Shown here piece by piece: positions 1 through 11,600 of a DNA stretch of 64,000 nucleotides (positions are counted from its first letter, which is position 1; each line of letters opens with the position of its first letter). The stretch is from the NCBI GenBank assembly GCA_965112155.1, contig OZ218104.1; one strand, 5' to 3'. The notes beneath the pieces were generated by a model. It saw nothing but the letters and a program-made list of their open reading frames with translations, was not told the origin of the DNA and did no database searches. A program made the translations under genes and the position numbers. This DNA is from Podarcis liolepis. Its lineage: Eukaryota.

Positions 1-870
1 TCTTATTGCATTGTTATTGCAAACTGATAGAAAAGTGGTTATTGACTTATGTTCTCCGTGCAACAGGTAACACTGAGTAAATGAAGGCATCTCATTCAGA
101 CCTGAATATGTAAGAACTGGGAACAGCTGACATTAGGAGCAGGACCACCAGGTGTGGTCCAACTCCTCATTCACTCACAGGGGCAACTTACAGCATCAAA
201 CCAGTGGTCCATCTAATCAAAGCATTGTCCATTCCAGCCTGGTTGGACAACAATTCCAGTCATCCCTGACCAGTGACCGTGATGGCTGAGGATGATTACA
301 GTTGTAGTCCAAAACATCTAGAGGGCATCAGGTTGGGGAGGCTCTGAATGCAGCTCTCAAAATATTCATATAGGTCTTTCCAACCCTGAGACCTGAGGTC
401 ATTTTAAGAGATGAAACAGGGAACAAAACCTAAGATTTTCTGTGCACAAAGTATGTGGTCCGCCACTAAGCTATAACCTTCTCCCCAATCCTTTCTGACA
501 AATCACTCTGAAGAATGTCTTGCATCTCCATCTCACGCTTAGTAGTAGAGTATTGGGCAACTTCATTTATTCACCTAAGAAAAAAGTGCTAGATTTTTCC
601 CAATCCATTTTCATCAGTAAGAGCCAGGCACATTACTTTAATGTAACTGTCAGTATCTCATTCTTGTCTGCACTTCTGAGCTATATTTCAAAAGCTATTT
701 AAAAAGCTTAATCATTGCAGTCTTTTCTGAAACCACAAAACATTCAAATGCACTCTGCTGCCAACATTGCACTCCAGGGATTCAATGCTTACTGAGAATA
801 ACCCTGGATGAAATCACACCAGGGCCACAGCTAATTTTAGTTGCATGTGAGTAATATAATAACATGCATA

Positions 871-1219
871 AAGGTAAAGGGACCCCTGACTGTTAGGTCC
901 AGTTGCAGATGACTCTGGGGTTGCGGCGCTCATCTCGCTTTACTGGCCAAGGGAGTCAGCGTACAGCTTCTGGGTCATGTGGCCAGCATGACTAAGCCGC
1001 TTCTGGCGAACCAGAGCATCACACAGAAACGCCGTTTACCTTCCCGCCAGAGCGGTACCTATTTATCTACTTGCACTTCGAGGTGCTTTCAAACTGCTAG
1101 GTTGGCAGGAGCAGGGACCGAGCAACGGGAGCTCACCCCTTCGCGGGGATTCAACCACTGACCTTCCGATCGGCAAGCCCTAGGCTCTGTGGTTTAACCC
1201 ACAGCACCACCCGCGTCCC
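871..1219 (-). mobile_element. Sauria SINE, near full length
   Basis: Reverse complement begins GGGACGCGGGTGGTGCTGTGGGTTAAACC (tRNA-related head) and ends in an ACCTTT-type tail; imperfect TSD ataacatgcata/ataacacccata; highly similar to the copy at 34304. Confidence 0.88.
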
Positions 1220-1489
1220 ATAACACCCATAGTTGTGTGTAATTATCATAGCATCTCATTCTGATATTGTTACCTTAAAAGACAGTGAATAGTAATCAAA
1301 GGTGGCCAGCTGAAAAAGGAAACAGGCATCTCATGCTTTGAAGAATTGAGTTGGAAAGGGAATTTCACCAAGTGTAACTTTACATATGCAGGACCCCTAG
1401 TCTCTTTTTCACTCATCTACCCTACATGAACCTATTGCTAAGTAATTAATTAGGATTTGAGGTTTAGAACATTCTTTTAGCATATGTAC

Positions 1490-1920
1490 CAATTTACTTC
1501 AAAACAAAAACGGGGACTCTTCCATATGACCTGTTTATTGAGCATTCATCTTGGTTTGCTTGCACAAAGCTTACACAGAGGTTAGACTATGCCTGGTCTT
1601 TACTGATTATTCATTCTGATTTGAATGCTGGAAAGTTCTGCAACATGCAGTCATCTCATTTTCATTCACTATAATATGTTTGCATGATGCTTATATGTCT
1701 TCCCACTAATCCTCCCACACTTTGTAGTGCATTTCTCCATCACGTTCCTAACTACAAAAAGTCTGTTGTGTATTTTGAAGTGGATCTGGTGTGCTGGAGC
1801 AAAAAACACTTCAATACATTTCAGTTGCACAAACCTAAATTTCCAATGTGTTCTTGAATCCCTCCCACAAAATATGACAATCTGGATACAACCTTAATAG
1901 TATAATCATAAGAACTGGCT
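1490..1920 (+). repeat. Dispersed repeat also present at ~9935-10045 and ~10550-10930
   Basis: Shared TTTATTGAGCATxCATC...TTGCTTGCA...AGAGGTTAGA.TAT and GTTGCACAAACCTAAAT blocks with an internal subrepeat; probably a non-autonomous DNA transposon. Confidence 0.6.
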
Positions 1921-2436
1921 GTAAATGTTTGTTTGTTTGTTCGTTGCTATGAGTTGGGTCCAATGTTAGCTCTACTCAGAGTAGACTCATTGACATTAAT
2001 GGACATGACTAACTTAGGTCCATTAATTTCAACTGGCCTATTCTGTGTAAAGTTAATTGCATACAACCCAATGATTCTGACATTTTTGTAAGCAATTTCC
2101 ACTCATATAATGCATTTTTGTATGTTATTTTCATGAATATATGCATGTTTACACACATTTTAGCCTTGTATATGATTTTTTGGGTACACAGCATCTGGGG
2201 ATCCCACCAGAAAGATGTTCCATGCTGCTCTTTCAGATGCTCTGCTGAAATCAATGGGATCTAAGTTAGCTGTGACTAAATCTTTGCATTGATATCAATG
2301 GGACCCTCATCTGGATCCAACCCTATGTCTTTCTCAAAATAACATATCAGAAAAACAAAACATAATGGGGTACAGTTAAGAATACCCCTGAGCAGTTAAA
2401 GGGATGTAAAATTGCATACACAGATGCCTTAATGTT

Positions 2437-2460
2437 CACACACACACACACACACACACA
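2437..2460. repeat. (CA)n microsatellite
   Basis: Seen directly; another at ~7455-7474. Confidence 0.95.
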
Positions 2461-3692
2461 TGTGCAAGGGACAAGGATGTACCCAATATTATCAAGTCCA
2501 CTGAGAGAGAGCTTCAATGACCCTGAATTCTGACACTAGCAGCCCACACTAATAACATTTTTAAAAGACTTTCCCCTCAAAAATGCAAATACCAAGGCAA
2601 TGATCTAGAAAGGTACTGCCGCAACCTCTGAATCCCTAGAGTTCTCTGTAGCTCTGCAACTTCTGCCCAGCCTTGCCTCCTGCTCTGCCTTCCTCCAGCC
2701 TGGTCCTGCCTTTCCTCACCTCTCACTTTGCCACCTTCTTTGTGGGATCCTGCACTGCGCTGGAATCTTACAGATACCAGCAGAAAGGGGCAGCTGGGGA
2801 ATGTATTGGATGATGGAAGGCGGAAGGCTGGAGACACTGTTAGTTGGTGAACATCAACTATGAAGTTTAAAAAACAGACTTCTGGGGTGAGAATTTTCTG
2901 CAGTTTACTAAAATGCAGTCCCCAGTCAGTAGCATCCATTGTCCATCTCCATTCCCAGCCTCCGTGATTTCATCACACACTCCCCCCAAAATTATTCACA
3001 TCCATAAAGACTAGAAACACAGTCTAGGAGTCTAATAGACAATTGGTTGGCACCAAATGCAGCAATTAAAAACTTGGACCCTTTTTTGATAGCCTATGTT
3101 CTTAGTAAGAGTGTTAGTCATGATGGCCATCAAATGAGTAGCCTTCAGTGAAAACAACCTCTATGCTTCCCTGCCCTTCACTGTGGTTCATGTGAGGAAA
3201 TGAGAGCTAACAGCAGAAGAAGTATGAGCAAAGACTATAAATACATACACAGGAAGGATCTCAAACCTTTCCAACCAGTTACACATATATACACTGTGAA
3301 TATTTTGGGCAGAAAAGAAATTCCCAAGGATTAACATCTGCACATAATTGCCCTTAGAAGTACTTTCAGAAGGCTTGTCTTTTCAGGAACCAATCTTAAG
3401 ATAACCACTAGTTTAGCACAGAAAGATATCATCTGTAATTATAGCTCTCTTGTTGAATATGATTACATTGGCAATACAGGTAATGGGGGTGGGGAGTTGG
3501 GAGAAGGATTGTATGTCAAACTGAATGTTGCAGGGTCATAATAACTGTGTCAAAATGAGTCCACCCCACCTGCATTCTCTTTAACAGGTTTAGGATCCCA
3601 CTGTTCCCTAACGGAGTTCTTGGTACAAGCCAAGGCAATAAAGGAAAGGGACTGGAGGCTAGGTTACATTTAAGGGGACAGCATACACTTAC

Positions 3693-4009
3693 CAAGCCTA
3701 CGCATGTAGATATGGCTACTGAAGAAGAACTATAGTTCCTTATAAATCCCTGATAGAAACACTGTTGAACTTCATGTTCCTGAGAATGCATGATGCCATC
3801 TTCCCCAAGCACCTGGACAGTGAAACCATTGCCAAAAAAGGCCGAAAGCTGGAGGTCCAAGAGAAGTTCCTGTCCAAATGCTGAAAATTTATAGTGCAAG
3901 GAACTCTTAGAGCTCACGGTTGATCGTTTCCTTCTAGCACTGCGCAAAACATCATGTGTGATGTACGATCCACTGGAGTCCACTTCAACAGGGGTGACAA
4001 AGATGTAAT
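3693..4009 (-). CDS. ADAMTS18: ADAMTS18 coding exon 3, M12B propeptide region (DYIFVTPVEVDSSGSYITHDVLRSARRKRS...CFYQGFIRNYSSSSVAISTCVGL)
   Basis: Acceptor CCCTTTCCAG| and donor TTG|GTAAGT; 317 nt, phase 1 to 0, completing a GAT (Asp) codon with exon 2. Closely similar to human DYVFVTPVEVDSAGSYISHDILHNGRKKRS...; contains an RRKR proprotein-convertase motif. Confidence 0.96.
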
Positions 4010-7000
4010 CTGGAAAGGGAAAGGGTTTATTAGCCATCAGCCTTCATCAGCCAAGGGCATGCCTGTTCATTTATTAGTTGGTTAATTTGCTTTCTTGCCT
4101 AAAAAATTAACCTCTGTAAGACATTTTTATGCAGCAAAGCAGGTTTTCAGTAGGGCACATTCGTTATCACCATTTGCAAAGCGGCACAGGGAGTCTGCAG
4201 TCTGTGTTGATACAGCCATGCATGCATAAATACTTCTAAAGCAATGTCAGCCGGCCCCACATAAATGACAAGGATTATAAAACTGGACTAGTTTCCTCTC
4301 TGCCCTCTGATCATTCCCGCCAGGAGAGACGGCTTGGCGTAGCTGTGAAGTTTCCCACAGTCACTTTGGAGAAGACATTTGTCATCACCAGGGTGTCGTT
4401 TTTTTCCTCCCTCGTCCTTTCAATTAATTGATGACAAATGGGAAGGTGGCTTCCCCACCCCCGCACAATCTCCCTGTCTCTCAAAAGCAGAGCAAAGAAG
4501 ACTGCAGTCCCAGGAGGAATTGCACACAATTTGTTCAACTGGATTAAAGGATTTAATTATTAGTGTCTCAAAGGATTCAGCGTTCTCCTCCACTAAACTC
4601 ACCAATGGCAGCTTGGCTAGTCTGGTTTTTAAGGTTGTAGCTGACCTCCTGTTGAGAAAGATCACCTCAAACCTGCAAATTTTGCCTGTTTCTGCTAATT
4701 CAGCTGCAGTGTGATTTCTTGTTCATGATCAAATAAGCAATAAGTACAATGAAAAGATTGTGAGGCAATATACCTAGAACAAAATTCCTAAACCTGGTCT
4801 GCACTGCTGATCACTGGCATCCTAACTCCACCTGATTATGATCCTATGTGCATTTATAGGTGACAGGATGAACATGAAAGGATTACATATTCATGTAATA
4901 CTGGCTCCAGGTTTTGAAATTGAGACAAGGCGCTACAGAGGAGTAGGTCCTCTCTCTATAGCACCCCCCCCCCGCTCCAAGACATTGTGGCTCACACACT
5001 TGCCTGCCCATTTTGGCAGGTGGAAAGTCTGAATTCATGTCATGGCTTGCATGCCTGGGGACAGCAGACGAGCATAGGCAGTGATAGCAAAGAAAATCAG
5101 GAGATGGTTTGGTACAGCAATGGGGTGCCTCTGGGTCCAAGAAACCATGCCCACCTGCCCTGAACCTGACATTCTATATGACAGCAGGTGTGCATCAGGT
5201 AAAGATGTGACTTCCTGCAAAAAGAAGAATTTGCAGGCATTGCAATCAGCTGATCAGCAGCACCTGCAAAGCATCAGATGATTGGCAGGTAAGTGAACTC
5301 ACTCACCTGTCAAAACAGTCAATGGGAGTTAGAGGAGGCCCAGCAGGGTGTATGACCTCTGCAGGTCTCTCTAGCTGGGTCTCAGAACTCTACCCAAGCT
5401 ACTATCCCTCTCCTCAGGCCACCCCCCTCACCCCCACCCCCACTTTGCTCCTGCCTTTACATTTTTGCTTGGATGGAATGTATCCCTGAATTCTGATCAT
5501 GGCTCCTGCTTGCCTGGAGTAAACTAGCCTGCCCAAAGGATCTTCCAAAGGTAAATCTTACATTAATTGCTTTGCTCAGTTTTGCCTCTGGTCCTGCTCA
5601 CCACTGGAATAGAGCCCTCAGAAGTTTGGCCAGGAGGAATGAAAAAGGTTTCTGTAGAGGCTTGATTTTAGTTCTAAATGAACTGAGAACATTTCCTGGA
5701 ATATGCCCCCAATTCCCCAGTGGTTGCACATTGTGGGGGAATAGCTGTCATAATAAGTATGCTTCCGTAGGAAATTCTGCCCTTCCAATTAAAGCATTTC
5801 TTTAAAAATCCCAGATTTCCTAGGAGTTCTAGATCTTCAGCAACATCTGTTTCCACATGCCATCATCATAATGGACTATATCCAAAGCTAGGCCTGTTAA
5901 AATTAGTGAAGATTGATTAATGTCAATGGGTCTACTTTGAATAAAATTGAGTTGGATACAATCCAATGCTTTTCTTTTTACCTTAATGATAATCTGAACA
6001 AGGAAAGCAACTGGCGGAGCACCTTTCTCTGCCAAATTTGTATGGCAGGACAATTGCTAGAGATAGAGTTAAAGCAGTGCAGAATTGCTAACTAGCCCAT
6101 TCTGCATTACAGGGGGTTAGACTAGATGACTCTTGGGGTCTCTTCCATCTCTACAGCTCTATGTCTCCATTAAATGTAAGCAGCAATAGGCTGCCTTTGT
6201 TTTAGACAGTGGAAATGATATATCACAAGCCTTTCACTTTCCAGTGGTGTTAATCAGTGGCAGAAGTTCAGGATGCTAAACAGGCTGGTAGCCAAAAATG
6301 CAAGCAGCTGCGAGAGGGAGGAATTCCCCAGCGAACAGACACAAGGCACACCAGGATTTGCCTTTCCCAGTCCTGTGTGCACTGTACTTGTTAACACTCC
6401 CAGCTATCAAGAGCATCACGCTTCGATCTTCCTGAGCTACAGAACATTCACAGCTGGACATCCTGCTGAATCTATTTGTATATAGATATCCATACAGAAC
6501 ATGAGTAGGGGTTTTTTGTATTCTTCTGCAATATGAGCTGGAGTGCTAAAGCATGCCATGCAATTGTTTGTAACATTAACTTATCTTTTTTAAAAAATGG
6601 GAGCTTCGTCTTCAGTCCATGATTGCCTGCAATCACCTGTTCTCTTTGAAATCTAGGAATCATTGCCTGCCTGTTCACACACGTTTTAATACACTGCTAC
6701 ATTACATTAGCATTTCATTCTCTTTCTTTCATTTTGGGCAGAAGGATGGAAGTGCTTTGAAAGTGTAAAAATTCTTTCTATGAGATGTTTCAAAGAGAGA
6801 GAGAAAGAGACTTGATCTATTTCTTACAAATCCTTAAGCACATATTCTTTATTGTCTTCCTTTCTTTTCACACTTCTGACTGGTTTCTTTCCACATTGCT
6901 GAAAGAGCTGTGCAAAGAGACTGATATTCACCAGTTTTTGTTCACCAGTCAGCAGGAATGATCTCCACGTCTATTTCATTTACACAGAAGCAAGCCCTTC

Positions 7001-7180
7001 TGGCTCCAGTGACATTAATTTCCAAGTAGCCCAGTCTTTGATCCTCCATATTGAAACTAATGGAACTTCTATTACAGCTAAATTGGGTCTGATCTATCAG
7101 GGTACATATTCTGTAATCCCTCCACCAATTTCTCCAGACTGTTCCTATAGTCTATTGATTCTATAGGCATTTTAACATTC

Positions 7181-7236
7181 TGTTGGACTGGATGACCCTT
7201 TCAGTCACTTCCAACTCTACAATTCTATGATTCTAT
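7181..7236 (+). mobile_element. CR1 3' terminus
   Basis: GTTGGACTGGATGACC...TTCCAACTCTACAATTCTATGATTCTAT (ATTCTATG octamer tail). Similar stubs at ~6100-6163 (+) and ~38893-38935 (-); minus-strand CR1 remnants at ~21960-22190 and ~48470-48620. Confidence 0.75.
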
Positions 7237-7990
7237 TATTTAAACATCAATGGCAATAGCCATTAACAAAGCCGTTCTCCCCAAAATTGTTCAACTCTTA
7301 CCAAACCACTAACACAACTGGCCATCACAATGTTTAGCCTCTTATTCATTTCTGTCTCAGCAAAGAAATAGTTAATTGCAATTATTGCATTGCTCACTTG
7401 TCACAACCCTCAAACGGTCCCATTTTACAGATAAGCCACACTGAGGCAATACATACACACACACACACACACACCGGTGCAATCCTATACACATCTCTAG
7501 TCAGAATTAAATCTCACTGATTTGCGTATGGTTTACTCTCAGGAAAGTATGTATAGCATCACACCCTCAATTGAACTCCATAAGCAAATCAGGATTTGAA
7601 CACACCTGGTCTCTTAAGTCCAACTTCCAGCACTCAATCCACCACAATGATCGAGTCATCGCTACTTTTGATGGAATCAAAGCATTGGTCCATCTAGCTC
7701 AAGAGCATTCACACTGGCAGGCAGCCGCTCTGCAAGACTTCAGAAGGGGCCATTCCTAACACTACCGGGAGATGCCAGGGATTGAGCCTCGGACCTTCTG
7801 CCTGCCAAGCAGGTGCTCTGCCCCTGAACTATGGTCCTTCCCTGCTGAACTATGGTTTGCACAGTGGCCTCCGGTGAAACTACTCCCAACCAAACAATAT
7901 TAACAGTTTCCCGCCTCCTGCTCCCATGGGCTCCCGCACAGGCGAGAAAGAGGCTCATTCATTCGCATTGCAAGCGAAAAGGGTACGAAC

Positions 7991-8075
7991 CGTGGTTGAA
8001 TCCGCCGATGCCGCCGCTGTCACCGGTTAACGCGGCCGCCAAGGACACGCAACAGAGGCAGCACAGCTGCAGACT
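7991..8075 (-). CDS. ADAMTS18: ADAMTS18 coding exon 2 (SLQLCCLCCVSLAAALTGDSGGIGGFNH)
   Basis: Acceptor TCTCTCTTTTTGCAG| and donor CACG|GTTCGT; 85 nt, phase 0 to 1. Matches human ALQLCCLCCASVAAALASDSSSGASGLND. Not reported as such in the ORF track. Confidence 0.92.
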
Positions 8076-8166
8076 CTGCAAAAAGAGAGAGAAAAGAGGG
8101 GTATCTCAGGGATACGTGGGGAAACCTCGATCGGATCTCGCCCCGCTGTCTCCCACCGCCACTTAC

Positions 8167-8268
8167 CTTTGCAATGCTGCCGAGCCAGAGGATGGTGAGC
8201 GAGTGCATCGGGGTGGCGTCGCCGATCGCCACGGGCAAAGTCCACAGGAAAAGCAGGAGGCAATCCAT
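8167..8268 (-). CDS. ADAMTS18: ADAMTS18 coding exon 1 (start of signal peptide; MDCLLLFLWTLPVAIGDATPMHSLTILWLGSIAK)
   Basis: ATG at 8268 (TCCATGG); 102 nt = 34 codons; donor AAG|GTAAGT at 8166, phase 0. Resembles the human N-terminus MECALLL...GRVAK and lies in a CpG island. Confidence 0.9.
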
Positions 8269-10047
8269 GGATTCTTCCTCTCGCCTCGGTACATCTGGGA
8301 AGGAGGCGGCCAGGAGTGCGGGGTGGGTGGGGGTGCGGTGGGTTTACCTGTCGCGGCCACCGCCGCTGCCGCCTCCAGCAGCAGCAGCAGACACGTGCAG
8401 CGGGAGATCCCGTCTCCTCCGCCACATGTTCGGGGAGATGGTCATGGGGATTGGCATCCCCCGCCTGCACCGCCCACCGCGGGCGCAGGGCAGCCCATGC
8501 GGAAAGGAGCGCCGAGGGGAGCCCTGCTGCTGCTGCTGCTGCCCGCCCGCCTGTCTTCCCCGCCTCCTCCGCGGCCAGCGCGCAGCTTTTGAAATCGGCT
8601 GCAGCTCCGCCACCAGGACGCGGCGGCCCCAAGGCGCAGCTGCCCCGGTTCGCTCGCTAACTCGCTGCGCGCCGCAGCCCCCGGGGAGCGGGAGCAACGG
8701 CTCGGAGGGGGCGCAGCGATGGAGCGCACCAATCGGGGGTGGGGGAGAGACAGAGAGAGAGAGGAGGCTGCTTGGTGGCTCCGGGCGCTTTGGCAGCAGC
8801 GCCTGCTCTCAACTACCGGGGATGGGGCGGGCGCGGGGAGGGAAGAGAAGAGAAGGATCGGCCCTTCGCAGGCTCCCCTTGCTCTGGGCTGCTCTTTCCT
8901 GGGTTCTGTTTCTTTGATCTTCTTCAGCCATTGGAATCTTACTGTTCTTCTTATTGTTGTTGCATTGTATTCAGCCGAGCTCTATGCACAGTAGGCCCAT
9001 TGGTTAGTTAGTTGTGTCTATTAACTTCGACGGCGGAACTAGCTTTGGATACAAAGTGCTGCTACTGTGATCTAAGTGCTACTCAGAGCAAAGCCATTGG
9101 AATTAATAGATCTGTTAGGCATGCCCATTGATTTCAGAGGCGCTGCTCTAACTAGGACTAAGATTGGATATACTGTAAAGTATTAGCTTTAATACACCGG
9201 AGGAATGACCATAACTTGTGTAATTGGTTGCAAATCACTTAGAATCCTAAAAACCCCTGTCTGAGACTTTGCTAGAGCTCAGTGTAGATCAGGTGGCTAT
9301 GTCGTGGCCTTCTAGGTATTGTTGGCCAGGCTAGCTGGGACTGATATGAGGTGAAATCCAACAACATTTGGAGGCAGCAGGTCAACCATCCCTGGTGTAG
9401 ACAGTGCTGAACAACGTGGACCAATGTCATGACGTTGTGGCAGGTTCCTGTGCTCCTAATCATGGTCATAATGCTCATCATAGTTGGCGAAGGAGGAGAG
9501 GGAGTAAATCGCAGAGCAGCTCGAAGCAGGTTCACTCAGAAGCATGTTCCAAACGTGGCTCATTCCCAGGCAAGTGTAAACAGGACTATAGCCAGAGAGA
9601 GGGGTATTGGAGAGGGGGAAAGGTGGTCAGGGCATGAATGATGTTGCCTTTTTCTATGAGGATTTTTACACTGGTTTCTTCATGGGCTATTGTTGATAGG
9701 TATGCCTGCCATACCTATGCTTGATTGGGGGGGGAAAGGAATCTCAGAAATGGTAACAGAACAAAATAAAAGCTAACAAACACAGAACATTTCTAGAACA
9801 TCAGCCAGCCTTGCCTGCAGTGCCAGTCTCCTTTTTGCTCAAATATTCCTTCTGTGCCCCCAGCCAAGCTTAAGAGGCTCTAGCTCCCTCTGCCTGCCCT
9901 CTGCTTCTAGGGTCTATGAGTTCAAGGTCGACTTCCAGACAACCTGTTTATTGAGCATCCATCCTGATTTGTTTGCAGGGGTTACACATCATGACAAGCA
10001 ATTGTTATGCCACACTTTCCAGTGTGCACTTTCCATCACAGCAAATA

Positions 10048-10243
10048 CAGTGGTACCTCAGGTTAAGTACTTAATTCATTCCGGAGGTCCGTTCTTAACC
10101 TGAAGTACCACTTTAGGTAATGCTGCCGCGCTGCCAGAGCACAATTTCTGTTCTCATCCTGAAGCAAAGTTCTTAACCTGAAGCACTATTTCTGGGTTAG
10201 CGGAGTCTGTAACCTGAAGCGTATGTAACCCGAGGTACCACTG
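10048..10243. mobile_element. Tc1/mariner-superfamily (pogo/Tigger-like) MITE
   Basis: TIR CAGTGGTACCTC...GAGGTACCACTG with TA TSD on both sides; related copy in the opposite orientation at ~25703-25875. Confidence 0.85.
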
Positions 10244-11147
10244 TAGTCTGATTTTTTTGTTGTCCACTTTTATTGTGCAACCTGAATTTGTTGGCATGAG
10301 CTTGACTCCCTCTCACAAAACAGCAACACTCAAGAAGGACCCTAATAGTATTTTGGCATCTTAAAGATAAGCAGATTGACAACAAGTCTATGCATGTATA
10401 CTCAGACATGTGTTCTGTTGGATGAAATTAGGAGGACTTGCTCCAAGATAAGTGTATAATAGGACTGCAGCTTCATTGTGGCAGAAACAGTGATTAACTA
10501 GGGCCTTTGTCATAAACATTAATTTAGCAGATTTTTTCCCCATTGCCACACTTCATTTATTTAGAACTCCAAACAGCTTATTTAATGAGCATGCATCTTG
10601 TTTTGCTTGCAGAAAGCCTATGAAGAGGTTAGATTATATCCAGTCTTTATTGAGCATCCATTCTGATTTGTTTGTGTAGAGGTTATATAAAAAATGATCG
10701 TTCATCCTGATTTGCTTGTGGTAAGCTTATATGTGTTCCTGTTATTCATTCATTCATTTCATAGTATTCAATACATTTCCCCACCACTTTTCTAGCCACA
10801 AAATGCCCTTTTCTTTCTTTAGAGTGGATTTGTTGTACTAGGGTGGCAGTATACTTGATCTACTTAGGTTGCACAAACCTAAATGTGCTTGAATCCTTCC
10901 TGTGAAATAGTGACAATTCAGGAAGCACATCTTATTATTACATTTGCATCCCACACTTGTTCAAAGGAGCACAGCAAAGCATAGAAGGCACTTTCCCCAC
11001 CCATTTAATCCTCACAACAATCCCCTGAAGTAGCAAGGGTCTGACCCAGTGGGTTTGATAGATGAGTGGCAATTTGAACTTGAGTCCTAGTTCAACACTA
11101 GGCATGACTCGGGAATGGGAAACCATCAACCATTCAACCGTGATTTA

Positions 11148-11600
11148 CCGTATTTTTCATCCTATAAGGCGCACCTAGTTTTTGGGGGGGGAAATAAAGG
11201 GGGGATTTATTTTTCCCCCAGGTGCGGGGCTGGGGCAGGGGAAGCCCGAGCTTCCCCTGACCCCAGCCCCCAGAACAGGCAACTCTCTGCAAGCCGTGGG
11301 AGCCCAGCGCCGGGCTCCCACGCTTTGCGGAGAGCTGCGTGAAGTCTTGGCGCGCTGAGCTCAGTGCACCCAGGCTTCAGCATGCAGGCAACTCTCCGCA
11401 AGCCGCAGGAGCCCAGCGCCGGGCTCCCGCGCCTTGCGGAGAGCTGCACAAAGCCTGGAGAGCGAGAGGGGTTGGTGCGCACCGACCCCTCTCGCTCTCC
11501 AGGCTTCAATGAAAGCCTGCATTCGCCCCATAGGACACACACACATTTCCCCTTCATTTTTGGAGGGGGGAAAGTGCGTCCTATAGGGCGAAAAATACAG
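11148..11600. mobile_element. Tc2/pogo-type MITE with internal hairpins
   Basis: TIR CCGTATTTTTCATCCTATAAGGCGCAC / GTGCGTCCTATAGGGCGAAAAATACAG with TA TSDs; GC-rich interior. Confidence 0.85.

Larger units (their letters stand above)
7900..8900 (-). promoter_or_regulatory. CpG island / promoter and 5' UTR of ADAMTS18
   Basis: Abrupt rise in GC and CpG content against an AT-rich, CpG-depleted background; GC box (GGGGCGG ~8824) and CCAAT (~8729); covers exons 1-2. The TSS cannot be determined from sequence alone. Confidence 0.85.

Noticed and set aside
3516-4037. 173-aa ORF as a standalone protein
   Set aside because: Only 3693-4009 is exonic; the flanks are intron read-through beyond clear splice sites.
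4420-4665. 81-aa minus-strand ORF as ADAMTS18 exon 2
   Set aside because: The true exon 2 is at 7991-8075 and joins exon 3 in phase; this ORF has no ADAMTS similarity.
7852-8917. Long overlapping ORFs (246, 247, 201 aa) suggesting an antisense gene
   Set aside because: Expected stop-codon depletion in a GC-rich CpG island; low-complexity Pro/Gly/Arg/Ala translations with no domain.
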